A stretch of 64,000 nt of DNA from Bryobacteraceae bacterium (lineage in GTDB: Bacteria > Acidobacteriota > Terriglobia > Bryobacterales > Bryobacteraceae): contig DASWZP010000168.1 in the NCBI GenBank assembly GCA_036404395.1, positions 15,400-79,399 on the forward strand. The letters are read 5' to 3'. Position 1 is the first letter of the stretch. Each line of letters begins with the position of its first letter. Of this stretch, positions 1 through 8,252 are shown one piece after another. The notes below the pieces were generated by a model. It saw nothing but the letters and a program-made list of their open reading frames with translations. It was not told the DNA's origin and did not search any database. Made by a program: the position numbers and the translations under genes.

Positions 1-2
1 AA

Positions 3-554
3 ACCGGCGAGTTCGAGCGGGTGGGATCGTCGAAGAGCCGGCGGGTGGACGTGCGGGTGTTCTCCGCCACCAACGCCGATCTGCACGCCGCGGTGGACGA
101 AGGGCGCTTCCGCCAGGATCTGCTGTTCCGGCTCAACACGATCGAGCTGCGCCTGCCGCCCTTGCGCGACCGGCGCGAGGATATTCCGCCGCTGGCCGCG
201 CACTTTCTGCGGCAGCACGCCGGGCATTACCGCAAAGCCATCAGTCTGTTCGACGAAGGGGCGATGAAAGCGCTGCTGGCGCACACCTGGCCGGGCAACG
301 TGCGCGAGCTGGATCACGCGGTGGAGCGCGCCGTGCTGATGGCGGAAGGCGAGACCATACGCGCCACGGACCTGGGCCTGCGCGGCGTGCGCGAGGCCTC
401 GCTGCGCCTGGAGGAGATGAGCCTGGAGGACGTGGAAGCGCTGCTCATCAAGAAGGCGCTGGCGCGCTTCAACGGCAATGTGAGCCACGCCGCAAACGCG
501 CTCGGCCTGAGCCGCAGCGCGCTGTACCGGAGGCTGCAGCGGTACGGGCTCTGA
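3..554 (+). CDS. sigma-54-dependent Fis-family response regulator, C-terminal part (5' end lies outside the window)
   Basis: The frame is open from the window edge. It reads TGEFERVGS..VDVRVFSATN, then GRFRQDLLFRLN, WPGNVRELDHAVERAV and a C-terminal Fis-type HTH (NVSHAANALGLSRSALYRRL). These are the AAA+ sigma-54 activator hallmarks. Confidence 0.88.
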   Translation, partial: TGEFERVGSSKSRRVDVRVFSATNADLHAAVDEGRFRQDLLFRLNTIELRLPPLRDRREDIPPLAAHFLRQHAGHYRKAISLFDEGAMKALLAHTWPGNVRELDHAVERAVLMAEGETIRATDLGLRGVREASLRLEEMSLEDVEALLIKKALARFNGNVSHAANALGLSRSALYRRLQRYGL

Positions 555-577
555 GCCCCGGCCGCGCCTGACTGACC

Positions 578-1909
578 ATGCCGCGCACCGATAAAGGCTC
601 CCGGCTCGGCTACGAAAACCGCATCATGATGCTGGCCGTGATGGCGGCCCTGCCGGCGTCGGTCTGCGCGCTGGTGTTGCTGTGGAGCGGCGGCTACCAG
701 TCGCGCACCGAGTGGACGCTGACGGTGGTGATCGTGGGCGCCTGGCTGGGCTTCGCGGCGGCACTGCGCGAGCGCGTGGTATTCCCCATGCAGACGCTGG
801 CCAACCTGCTGGGCGCGTTGCGCGAAGGCGATTTTTCGATACGCGGCCGCTCGCCGCGGCGGGACGACGCGCTGGGCGAGGTGATGCGCGAAATCAACAC
901 GCTGGGCGTCACCTTGCGCGAGCAGCGGCTGGGAGCGATGGAAGCCACCACGCTGCTGCGCACGGTGATGCGGGAAATCGACGTCGCCATTTTCGCGTTT
1001 GACGAACACGCCCGGCTGCGCCTGGTGAACCGCGCCGGGGAGCGTCTGCTGGATGCGCCCACCGAGCGGCTGCTGGGCCAGTCGGCGGCGGAGTTGCATC
1101 TCGATCAATGCCTGGAGGGACCGCCGCAGGCCATGTTGCAGGCCGCCTTCCCCGGCCGCGCCGGGCGCTGGGGCATGCGCCGCACGCGCATTCGCGAGCG
1201 CGGGCTGCCGCTCGAGCTGGTGGTCATTTCCGACCTCACCGAGGCGCTGCGCGAACAGGAATTGCAGGCCTGGCAGCGGCTGGTGCGGGTGCTCGGCCAC
1301 GAGTTGAATAACTCGCTGACGCCGGTCAAATCGATCGCCGGCAGTCTCGAAAGCATTCTGGCGCGCGATCCGCTGCCCTCGGATTGGAAGGAAGATGTGA
1401 CGCGGGGGCTGGGAGTCATCCACTCGCGTTCCGACAGCCTGACGCGATTCATCAGCGCCTATGCGCGGCTGGCCAAGCTGCCGCGCCCGCAATTGCAGCC
1501 GCTCGATGCCGGCGATTGCGTGCGCAGGGCGGTCAGCCTGGAGACACGGGTCGCGGTGGATGTAAAGGGAGGCCCTGCCGTCAGTATTCAGGGCGATCCG
1601 GACCAGTTGGAACAGGTGCTGATCAACCTGCTGCGCAATGCGGCCGATGCGGCGCTCTCGACCGGCGGCGGCGTGCGCGCCGGCTGGAAGAAAGACGGCG
1701 GGATGGTGGAGATTTGGATAGAAGACGATGGCCCAGGCCTGTCCGGCACGGCGAACCTGTTCGTGCCCTTCTTCACCACCAAGCCCGGTGGATCGGGGAT
1801 CGGGTTGGTGCTGAGCCGGCAGATCGCCGAAGCCCACGGCGGCGAGTTAGCGCTGGAGAACCGCGAAGGCGCGACGGGGTGTATCGCGAGGCTGCGGCTG
1901 CCAGGGTAG
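578..1909 (+). CDS. sensor histidine kinase (two TM segments, HAMP/PAS-like region, HisKA, HATPase_c), probable partner of the upstream NtrC-type regulator
   Basis: H-box LGHELNNSLTPV. N/G boxes LINLLRNAADA, DDGPGL and GGSGIGLVLSRQIAEAHGG. It starts 24 nt after the regulator gene. Confidence 0.85.
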   Translation: MPRTDKGSRLGYENRIMMLAVMAALPASVCALVLLWSGGYQSRTEWTLTVVIVGAWLGFAAALRERVVFPMQTLANLLGALREGDFSIRGRSPRRDDALGEVMREINTLGVTLREQRLGAMEATTLLRTVMREIDVAIFAFDEHARLRLVNRAGERLLDAPTERLLGQSAAELHLDQCLEGPPQAMLQAAFPGRAGRWGMRRTRIRERGLPLELVVISDLTEALREQELQAWQRLVRVLGHELNNSLTPVKSIAGSLESILARDPLPSDWKEDVTRGLGVIHSRSDSLTRFISAYARLAKLPRPQLQPLDAGDCVRRAVSLETRVAVDVKGGPAVSIQGDPDQLEQVLINLLRNAADAALSTGGGVRAGWKKDGGMVEIWIEDDGPGLSGTANLFVPFFTTKPGGSGIGLVLSRQIAEAHGGELALENREGATGCIARLRLPG

Positions 1910-2063
1910 AGGGGGGCAAACGTTCATTTCGGAGTTTCGTAGCCCGAAAATCCGGAGGCGCCCCGAAGGGCAGATAGTCGCTCTTTCAGGAGGTCCACAA
2001 CATGACCGAAAGAAACTTGACACCACGCTTAACAGGTACGTCTGTACCAACTGCAATGCGCAC

Positions 2064-2333
2064 GTGAGCCACACTGACGCCACCTGTCCCAACTGTCGGG
2101 AGATCTTCCCAGAACCAACCAAAACAAAATTGAACACAATGGACCAACAGTATTATGAGGGGATCAAGACCGGAACACCAACAGCACAGCGCCCGTTTGA
2201 CCCTCACACAGATGTTTCGGAAGACGCCCGGTACATCGCTCGACACGTCGCAGCGCACCTGTGGGCTATTTTCGTAGGGCTGCCTGTGGCCGGTCTGCTG
2301 CTTTACGCTTTTGTGCACGTCGCTACGCGCTAG
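2064..2333 (+). CDS. small zinc-ribbon / C-terminal TM protein with an unresolved start (see finding)
   Basis: The track ORF starts at a GTG. The same frame upstream encodes the first CxxC of a complete zinc ribbon (YVCTNC-x10-CPNC). The C-terminus has a hydrophobic helix (LWAIFVGLPVAGLLLYAFV). The segment is AT-richer than its surroundings. Confidence 0.35.
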   Translation: MSHTDATCPNCREIFPEPTKTKLNTMDQQYYEGIKTGTPTAQRPFDPHTDVSEDARYIARHVAAHLWAIFVGLPVAGLLLYAFVHVATR

Positions 2334-2375
2334 ACCATGCGCACGCTGATGCGCTAGGCCCACAGCCGAACCGTT

Positions 2376-2624
2376 TCAGCGGAGTTCGTCTCCGAGTACC
2401 GGCGGGTTTCCGCGGCCGGCGCGTTTGAGAAGCCGCTTAGCCCTCGCCACATCGCCGCGTTGTCCACGCTCGCTGAAGTACCCTTCGGTTCGCAGGGCTG
2501 ATAGCTTCTCGGCCACTGCCACATTGATGAACTGGTTGAGCGCCACACCCTCGGATTCGGAAACACGACGCGCCTCTTCCAGTATTGACTCCTGTAGACG
2601 TAACGCAACGTTACTTCTTCTCAT
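2376..2624 (-). CDS. ribbon-helix-helix (HicB/CopG-like) antitoxin
   Basis: MRRSNVALRLQESILEEARRVSESEGVALNQFINVAVAEKL is a typical RHH antitoxin N-terminus. The ATG at 2624 overlaps the 3' end of the PIN gene by 14 nt (ATGAGAAGAAGTAA). I prefer this start to the track start at 2648. Confidence 0.7.
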   Translation of the reverse strand: MRRSNVALRLQESILEEARRVSESEGVALNQFINVAVAEKLSALRTEGYFSERGQRGDVARAKRLLKRAGRGNPPVLGDELR

Positions 2625-3045
2625 GTTTTCGAACCTCGATCCAGGCATCGCCTGGCCGCATCACTCGAATCCCGAACCTGCGAGCGGCGTCGGCCAGGTG
2701 GCGGACATTGAATGTGACCAGCCAGTCGGCCCCACCGTTGACCGCGGTTTCCAGCACCATCTCGTCCGCGGGATCTTTCAGGCGCGGGCGCCACAGAAAC
2801 CAGAGGTGCACCGGATCCGCCACCTTCACCAGAGCATCGAGCACCTGATTCATCTGCCGCGACGTCAGGCCACTAGCGTCAAGGTGCTCCGGCCGTGTTA
2901 GAACCGCTGCGTACTCGACAATCAAGGGGACCGAAGCGAGAACCACAAATGTGCGATCCAAAGCGCCCAGCAGCAATCGTCTTGAGGCCCCTTGGTCGCT
3001 TCGCAGAGCGGCTACAAGCACGTCGGTATCGAGGACCAGCCGCAG
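2611..3045 (-). CDS. PIN-domain toxin (PIN_3/TIGR00305-like), probable CTG start
   Basis: RLVLDTDVLVAAL ... EY ... DPADEMVLETA ... LVTFNVRHL carries the PIN acidic residues. The track GTG start at 3021 would remove the first catalytic Asp. An in-frame CTG at 3045 lies 6 nt after a GGAGG at 3056-3052. Confidence 0.7.
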   Translation of the reverse strand: MRLVLDTDVLVAALRSDQGASRRLLLGALDRTFVVLASVPLIVEYAAVLTRPEHLDASGLTSRQMNQVLDALVKVADPVHLWFLWRPRLKDPADEMVLETAVNGGADWLVTFNVRHLADAARRFGIRVMRPGDAWIEVRKHEKK

Positions 3046-3179
3046 GAACCACCTCCGAATAATGATATCACATGCGATAGGACAATTGTGGACACCGCTC
3101 CGCCGTGGGCACCAAGAACCGATTGTCGGAGGGGCCCTCTAACATGCGCTGCCTAGGTTTAGCCGTTCATTCGGTTGCA

Positions 3180-3572
3180 CTACAAAAACAGTCCAGGCTC
3201 GACGCGGAAGAGCTGGCCCAGCTTTCGCGCTTGCGGCGCGCTGATGGCTCGCTTTCCGGTCAGGGCCTCATGCACGTGGCTGCGCTGTCCGAAAATTGCC
3301 TTGAGGTCGGCTGCCGTCTTTCCGGAGTGCTCCAAGAGGAACTGCAGCTTTTCGGCAGGGGTGCTATGGTCGGGCGGGAGTGCGTGCCGGCGGTCGTAGT
3401 CTTCGACCAGCAGGGCAAGCAGGCGCAGGAGCCTGGTTTCTGCCACCGAGCGGGCGCGGCCTTTGCCGACCAGGTCGGCGAATCGCCGGGCCATCAGATC
3501 ATACTGCGCTTTCGTCTCGATCGCCTGGGGCAGAATCTCGGTCAGCAGTTTCTCGTATGTAGCGGCCGGCAT
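3180..3572 (-). CDS. higA: HigA-family antitoxin (XRE-type HTH)
   Basis: The C-terminal HTH (TAADLKAIFGQRSHVHEALTGKRAISAPQARKLGQLF) and the size fit HigA. It lies directly downstream of the HigB-like gene. Confidence 0.75.
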   Translation of the reverse strand: MPAATYEKLLTEILPQAIETKAQYDLMARRFADLVGKGRARSVAETRLLRLLALLVEDYDRRHALPPDHSTPAEKLQFLLEHSGKTAADLKAIFGQRSHVHEALTGKRAISAPQARKLGQLFRVEPGLFL

Positions 3573-3574
3573 GG

Positions 3575-3862
3575 CTATAAGTCCTCCCTGTCATATTCCC
3601 GATGGGTCAGAATGGCCTGAATCACAAACAACTGTTCCTCGAAGTCGACGCGCGCGATCAAACGGTATTTGTTTCCGCCGATGTTGAAGATCAGCGTGCC
3701 GGTGGCTGGTGCGTAATCGGTGGCCGGAAAGGTTGCTTTGACTGCCGGAAAATGCGGCCAAACGGCGTTGCGGACTACGGTAACAAACCGCTCGAGAGGC
3801 TTACGGGAGGCTGGGTGTTTCTTGGCGAATCCTGCGATGACAGCCCCACCGAAAACCTTCAC
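3575..3862 (-). CDS. higB: HigB-family (RelE-fold) mRNA interferase toxin
   Basis: VKVFGGAVIAGFAKKHPASRKPLERF...IFNIGGNKYRLIARVDFEEQLFVIQAILTHREYD matches the HigB_toxin pattern. I chose the GTG at 3862; the track ATG at 3952 adds 30 non-conserved residues that overlap a repeat element. Confidence 0.75.
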   Translation of the reverse strand: MKVFGGAVIAGFAKKHPASRKPLERFVTVVRNAVWPHFPAVKATFPATDYAPATGTLIFNIGGNKYRLIARVDFEEQLFVIQAILTHREYDREDL

Positions 3863-3910
3863 GCTTCGATGTTCCCAGTTTTGGGAACGATTGTCAAGGG
3901 GCCGATGCGC

Positions 3911-3954
3911 GGACAGGCTCGGAAGCCTTCGCAGGCCGGGGGTTTGCGCCACGG
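3911..3954 (+). repeat. 44-nt structured intergenic repeat, family F2, copy 1
   Basis: GGACAGGCTCGGAAGCCTTCGCAGGCCGGGGGTTTGCGCCACGG matches 13302-13345 at 39 of 44 positions. Contains the hairpin GCAGGC-CGGGG-GUUUGC. Confidence 0.8.
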
Positions 3955-3962
3955 CAGTCCGA

Positions 3963-4385
3963 TCACGGTGTCACAGAAGATGACATGCTTCTGTTGCCGG
4001 AGTAGGCGGTCATGGCTCCGCGTATCTCATCGAAGAGTCCTTGCACACGATTCAGCCGAGCCTCGACGAGCGATGATTCCCGGAGGTCGCACGCAATCTC
4101 AAGTTCATGACAAGCCTCGGCTACCTCGTCGGCTCCCATCTGCCAGGCGCTGCCTTTAATGGTGTGGGCTTCAGAGCGGATGTTCGGGAAGTTGGAGGCT
4201 GCCAAGGCTCGACGCATTTGCTCCACTCGATCATTGGTATCTCTGCCGAAAGCATCGATCAGCCTGCCGATCAAGCCATCATCCCTGGCTGCCGCTTCCA
4301 GCAGCACTGCCGGTGGCGACCAAGCTTGCCGGGTTGAGCACGTGCACTCTGACGTCAGGCCAATTGATGGTTGGGGAGGGATCAT
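3963..4385 (-). CDS. Hpt (histidine phosphotransfer) domain protein
   Basis: SEAHTIKGSAWQMGADEV is the canonical Hpt H-x-x-KG motif. Size is about 140 aa. It is divergent from the hybrid kinase gene. Confidence 0.8.
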   Translation of the reverse strand: MIPPQPSIGLTSECTCSTRQAWSPPAVLLEAAARDDGLIGRLIDAFGRDTNDRVEQMRRALAASNFPNIRSEAHTIKGSAWQMGADEVAEACHELEIACDLRESSLVEARLNRVQGLFDEIRGAMTAYSGNRSMSSSVTP

Positions 4386-4625
4386 AAACCATCCTCCTAA
4401 TCCGAGCGTTGCACCTAGCGGACCTCTTTTTCAAGTGTCAGTTCGGCAACACCGGCTTGTAATGCTAACTTTGGTGAATCCACGGCTAGCCTGGTCATGA
4501 CCGGAAGTGTCGGGGTCAACATTGACTCGGAGCTCTATTTCAGCGATAGGCTAAAGAGGAGTTGAGTTGCACCATTCTGCGTCGTCAGAATTGGCGCCTC
4601 CCACTGCGAATACTGTAGGTCGGGG

Positions 4626-7600
4626 GTGATCATGAACGCGTATGCGTTGGTGCTGAAGCCGTTCCATCCCGCGCGCGAGCGGATTGAGGGGCGCCTGGCG
4701 TCGAGGCGGACCAGACGTTTCCAGGCGGGTGTGATTGCGGTAGCCATGCTGGCCGCCAGTTCTTGTATCGGCCGGCACGCCGCCGCCCCGCTCGAGCGCA
4801 TCGAACAGGTCGCGGCCCTGCCGTTTCAGGTCGCCGACCACCGCGTGCCGGTACACCTGAAGGGCTGGGTCACTCTTTCGGATCCTACCACCAACCTGGT
4901 GTTCCTGGAAGACGGTACCGGCGCCGCCCGGGTGACTCTCCCCTTTATGAACCTCGACCCCAGACCGGGCAACCTGATGGAGGTCATCGGCGAAGTGACC
5001 GAAGGAGGTCCCGCGCCTGCAATTGTCGCCAGCGACGCCACGCTTTTAGAAGGTGCCCACGAACCGCACGCTCTGCCCATCCAGGTCGCGGACCTTACTG
5101 CCGGCCGCACCGGCTTCCGCTATGTAGCCGTAGAAGGCGCTTTTCGCTCCCGGCGCCAGGAACGCTCGGGTGACGGTGTCATCCGAGTGGGCTCGGGCGC
5201 AACGGTGTTCGAGGCTTACATCGCCGCGAAGGATCTGCCAGATCTCAGCGGCAAAATCGGCGCCCGCATCCGGGTGCGCGCGGTGGCCAATCTGAGCCGT
5301 GACATTTACGGCCGCACCGCGCGTGTCCGCGTGTGGATCCCACGGAGCACGGACCTTGAAGTCCTCGCTCCGCCTCCCCAAAGCATCCCCGTTCAGACCA
5401 TTCGCGAGGTGGTTGGGTTGCCCCGGAATTCGCTGGCCGAGCGGATGGTTCACATCCATGGCAGCATTCGGTCAGAGGGCGTGCGCGAGGAACTGCGATT
5501 TTCCGATGGCAGCGGCTCCATCCGCATCCGGCAGGCCCCCAACGGAGTATTGCCAGTCGGGGAGGTGGTCGACGTGGCCGGCTTTGCCGAACTCGAGGGG
5601 GGCGAGCTCAAAATCACCGACGCCAAACTGGCTCAGGTGACTCCCCGACCCCATCCCGCGAGCGGCCGGATCATCACCTCCGTGGCCGAAGTTCACGCCC
5701 TCAGCCCGGAAGAGGCCGGGAGCGCCATTCCCGTTCACGTCCGGGCCACGGTCACTTACATCAATCCCGCGACCACGACCTTGTTTGTGCAGGATCAGAC
5801 TGGTCCCACTTACGTGTATGCCGCGCGGATCCGCGAGTTCAAGGTGCAGGCAGGCGATGTGGTCGATCTGTCCGGTTTCACGACACCAGGTCAGTTCGCG
5901 CCGAGCATCTCCGCTGCTTGGGCGGAACGCGTCTCCTCATCTCCCATGCCGGCGCCGGCGCCGGTCGCCTTCGATAACCTGCTTTCCGGAAAGATGGATA
6001 GCGCCTGGGTTCAGACCGAAGGCATCGTGCAAGGCGTGGAAACCCAGCGCGGCACGTTGGAAGACAAAGTTTCGGTGCAATGGGGAGATCACCAGTACTT
6101 GCTCCTCGTCCACAATCCGGATGCTCACCCCCTGCCGCCGCCGGATAGCCGCGTCCGCGTGCAGGGTGTTTGTGCGTCGTTGTTCAATGCCAGGCGGCAG
6201 ATCGTCGGCATTCAGATTTACGTGCCTTCGCCTGAGTTCGTGCGCCTGTTGGAGCCCGGTCCGGATCCGGCCACGCTGCGGCCGCGCCCGATCGATGAGC
6301 TTCTCCGGTTCTCGTTTGCCGATTCGCCGGGGCACCGCATGCGAATTCGCGGCGTGGTCACCCTGGCCAGCCCCTCCGGCCCGTCGTATGTCGAAGATAG
6401 CGGGGCCGGCGTCAAGATCGTCAACCATACGCGCATGGACCTCCGCCCCGGCGACGTGGTGGACGTACTCGGCTTCGCGCACCCCGGCTCTTTCAGCCCG
6501 GAAATGCGGGACGCGCAGGTCTCGCTCGTCGAACGGGGACCGGCACCATCGCCGCCATCCATTACCGTGGACGAGGCCTTGGAAGGTGGCTACGATTCCA
6601 GGTTAGTCAGCATCGATGCCGCCGTTGTCGACCAGATCAAAAGCACCAGCCAGAATGACGTGATGCTCCAGGCGGGCGGTAAGTTGTTCAACGCCACCTT
6701 GGATCACGGGAGGATGCCGCCGCTGGACCGGGGCAGCATCGTCCGTATGACCGGCGTCTGTTCGGTTGTGGCCGAGGGCAATCTCGCCTATCACATCCCG
6801 AAGTCTTTCAGCCTCGTGCTGCGCAGCGCCGGGGATATCGCCGTGGTCCGGTCGGCGCCCTGGTGGACCATCGGCCGCCTGTTGGCCGTGCTTGGCTCGA
6901 TGGCGGCCTTGCTGCTGGTTGTTCTGTCCTGGGTGGCCGTGCTGCGACACAAGGTCGCCCTACAGACCGCGGTGATCCGCAAGAAACTGCAACAGGAAGA
7001 ACTGCTCAAGCACGCCGCCGAGGAGGCCAGCCGGACCAAGAGCGAGTTTCTGGCCAACATGAGTCATGAGATCCGGACGCCCCTGAACGGCATCCTGGGG
7101 TTCGTCGGGCTGATGTCGGAAAGCGAGCTGACCGGCCCGCAACGGGAGCACAACGAAGCCGTGCGCGCGTCGGCCGAGAACCTGCTTGCAGTCATCAACA
7201 ATATTCTGGATTTCTCTCGCGTGGAAGCGGGCCGGATCGAACTGGAATCGGTGGATTTTTCGATCCGCAAGTGCGTCAAGGCCGCAGTGGTTACCGTCGA
7301 GCCGCTGCTCGCCGAAAAGGGTCTGGTGACCGCGGTTGAGTTCGATGACGACGTGCCGGACTGGGTCCGGGGCGACCCCCATCGGCTGCGTCAGATCCTT
7401 CTCAATCTGTTAGGCAACGCGGTGAAGTTCACCGTGGCTGGCGGCATCACGGTGCGCGTGTCGCTGGCTCCGGAACAAGACGGCGCTACGGCTGGCTCCG
7501 ATCGCGCTCCGGCGCCTCGGCAGATTCAGTTTGCGGTTTCCGACACGGGCATTGGCGTCCCCGAGTCACAACGGGAGCTGATCTTCCAACCTTTCCGGCA

Positions 7601-8219
7601 GGCTGACGGGTCGGTCACCCGGCGTTTTGGAGGTACCGGCCTCGGTTTGGCCATCTCCCGGAAGCTGGTCGACATGATGGGGGGAAGAATGTGGCTGAAG
7701 AGCGCGGAGGGCCAGGGCAGCACTCTCCTCTTCACGGCGCCGCTTCCGCCGGGGAAGAGCCCGGCCGAAAGCGAGGAACGCGTCGTCGCAGCCAGGAGCC
7801 CATCGTCCGCGGAGCAGCCGCCACGTCAGCCCCTCTCCATCCTGGTCGCGGAAGATAACATCGTCAATCAGCTCCTGATGCGGACCCTCCTCGAGAAGCG
7901 CGGGCATCGCGTGACTGTAGTTGGAAATGGAGCCGATGCGCTGGCGGCTTGGCGCCAGGATCGCTTCGACTGCATTCTGATGGACATTCAGATGCCGGAG
8001 ATGGACGGATACGAGGCCACCCGCCGCATCCGGGCCGAGGAGTCGGGAAAGGGAGCGCACACCACCATCATCGCGTTGACCGCCTACGCCATGAAGGGAG
8101 ATCGCGAGAAGTGCTTGCAGGCCGGTTTGGATTCCTATATCTCCAAACCGATTCAAACGGGGGCACTGGACACTGCGTTGGCACACGTCCCCGTTCGCCA
8201 GGACTTGACCACCGTTTGA
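4626..8219 (+). CDS. hybrid sensor histidine kinase / response regulator with a roughly 700-aa multi-repeat periplasmic sensor
   Basis: Signal anchor, then seven internal beta-rich repeats, then a TM segment (WWTIGRLLAVLGSMAALLLVVLSWVAVL). HisKA FLANMSHEIRTPLNGILG; HATPase (GTGLGLAISRKLVDMMGG); C-terminal REC (ILVAEDN...ILMDIQMPEMDG...ALTAYA...YISKP). Confidence 0.9.
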   Translation: MIMNAYALVLKPFHPARERIEGRLASRRTRRFQAGVIAVAMLAASSCIGRHAAAPLERIEQVAALPFQVADHRVPVHLKGWVTLSDPTTNLVFLEDGTGAARVTLPFMNLDPRPGNLMEVIGEVTEGGPAPAIVASDATLLEGAHEPHALPIQVADLTAGRTGFRYVAVEGAFRSRRQERSGDGVIRVGSGATVFEAYIAAKDLPDLSGKIGARIRVRAVANLSRDIYGRTARVRVWIPRSTDLEVLAPPPQSIPVQTIREVVGLPRNSLAERMVHIHGSIRSEGVREELRFSDGSGSIRIRQAPNGVLPVGEVVDVAGFAELEGGELKITDAKLAQVTPRPHPASGRIITSVAEVHALSPEEAGSAIPVHVRATVTYINPATTTLFVQDQTGPTYVYAARIREFKVQAGDVVDLSGFTTPGQFAPSISAAWAERVSSSPMPAPAPVAFDNLLSGKMDSAWVQTEGIVQGVETQRGTLEDKVSVQWGDHQYLLLVHNPDAHPLPPPDSRVRVQGVCASLFNARRQIVGIQIYVPSPEFVRLLEPGPDPATLRPRPIDELLRFSFADSPGHRMRIRGVVTLASPSGPSYVEDSGAGVKIVNHTRMDLRPGDVVDVLGFAHPGSFSPEMRDAQVSLVERGPAPSPPSITVDEALEGGYDSRLVSIDAAVVDQIKSTSQNDVMLQAGGKLFNATLDHGRMPPLDRGSIVRMTGVCSVVAEGNLAYHIPKSFSLVLRSAGDIAVVRSAPWWTIGRLLAVLGSMAALLLVVLSWVAVLRHKVALQTAVIRKKLQQEELLKHAAEEASRTKSEFLANMSHEIRTPLNGILGFVGLMSESELTGPQREHNEAVRASAENLLAVINNILDFSRVEAGRIELESVDFSIRKCVKAAVVTVEPLLAEKGLVTAVEFDDDVPDWVRGDPHRLRQILLNLLGNAVKFTVAGGITVRVSLAPEQDGATAGSDRAPAPRQIQFAVSDTGIGVPESQRELIFQPFRQADGSVTRRFGGTGLGLAISRKLVDMMGGRMWLKSAEGQGSTLLFTAPLPPGKSPAESEERVVAARSPSSAEQPPRQPLSILVAEDNIVNQLLMRTLLEKRGHRVTVVGNGADALAAWRQDRFDCILMDIQMPEMDGYEATRRIRAEESGKGAHTTIIALTAYAMKGDREKCLQAGLDSYISKPIQTGALDTALAHVPVRQDLTTV

Positions 8220-8221
8220 AC

Positions 8222-8239
8222 GCTTTGGCGCGCCAAAGC
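8222..8239 (+). terminator. perfect palindrome GCTTTGGCG/CGCCAAAGC, 3 nt after the hybrid-kinase stop
   Basis: The 9+9 nt are perfectly self-complementary and are followed by the A/T-rich AATTAAGTT. There is no clean U-tract, so its terminator status is uncertain. Confidence 0.45.
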
Positions 8240-8252
8240 AATTAAGTTACGA

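Noticed and set aside
314-1837. 507-aa minus-strand ORF covering the kinase gene. Similar long antisense or out-of-frame ORFs occur at 13899-14909, 22488-23978, 23975-25186, 35192-36262, 36577-37722, 44052-45203, 45842-46867 and 61968-63476.
   Set aside because: Their Arg/Ala/Gly/Pro-rich, low-complexity translations are typical of shadow ORFs in high-GC DNA. Each one overlaps a gene on the other strand or frame that has clear family motifs.
3863-3952. The 30-residue N-terminal extension of the HigB ORF.
   Set aside because: It overlaps the F2 repeat and is not part of the HigB fold. HigB-family proteins start at the position equivalent to VKVF (GTG at 3862).
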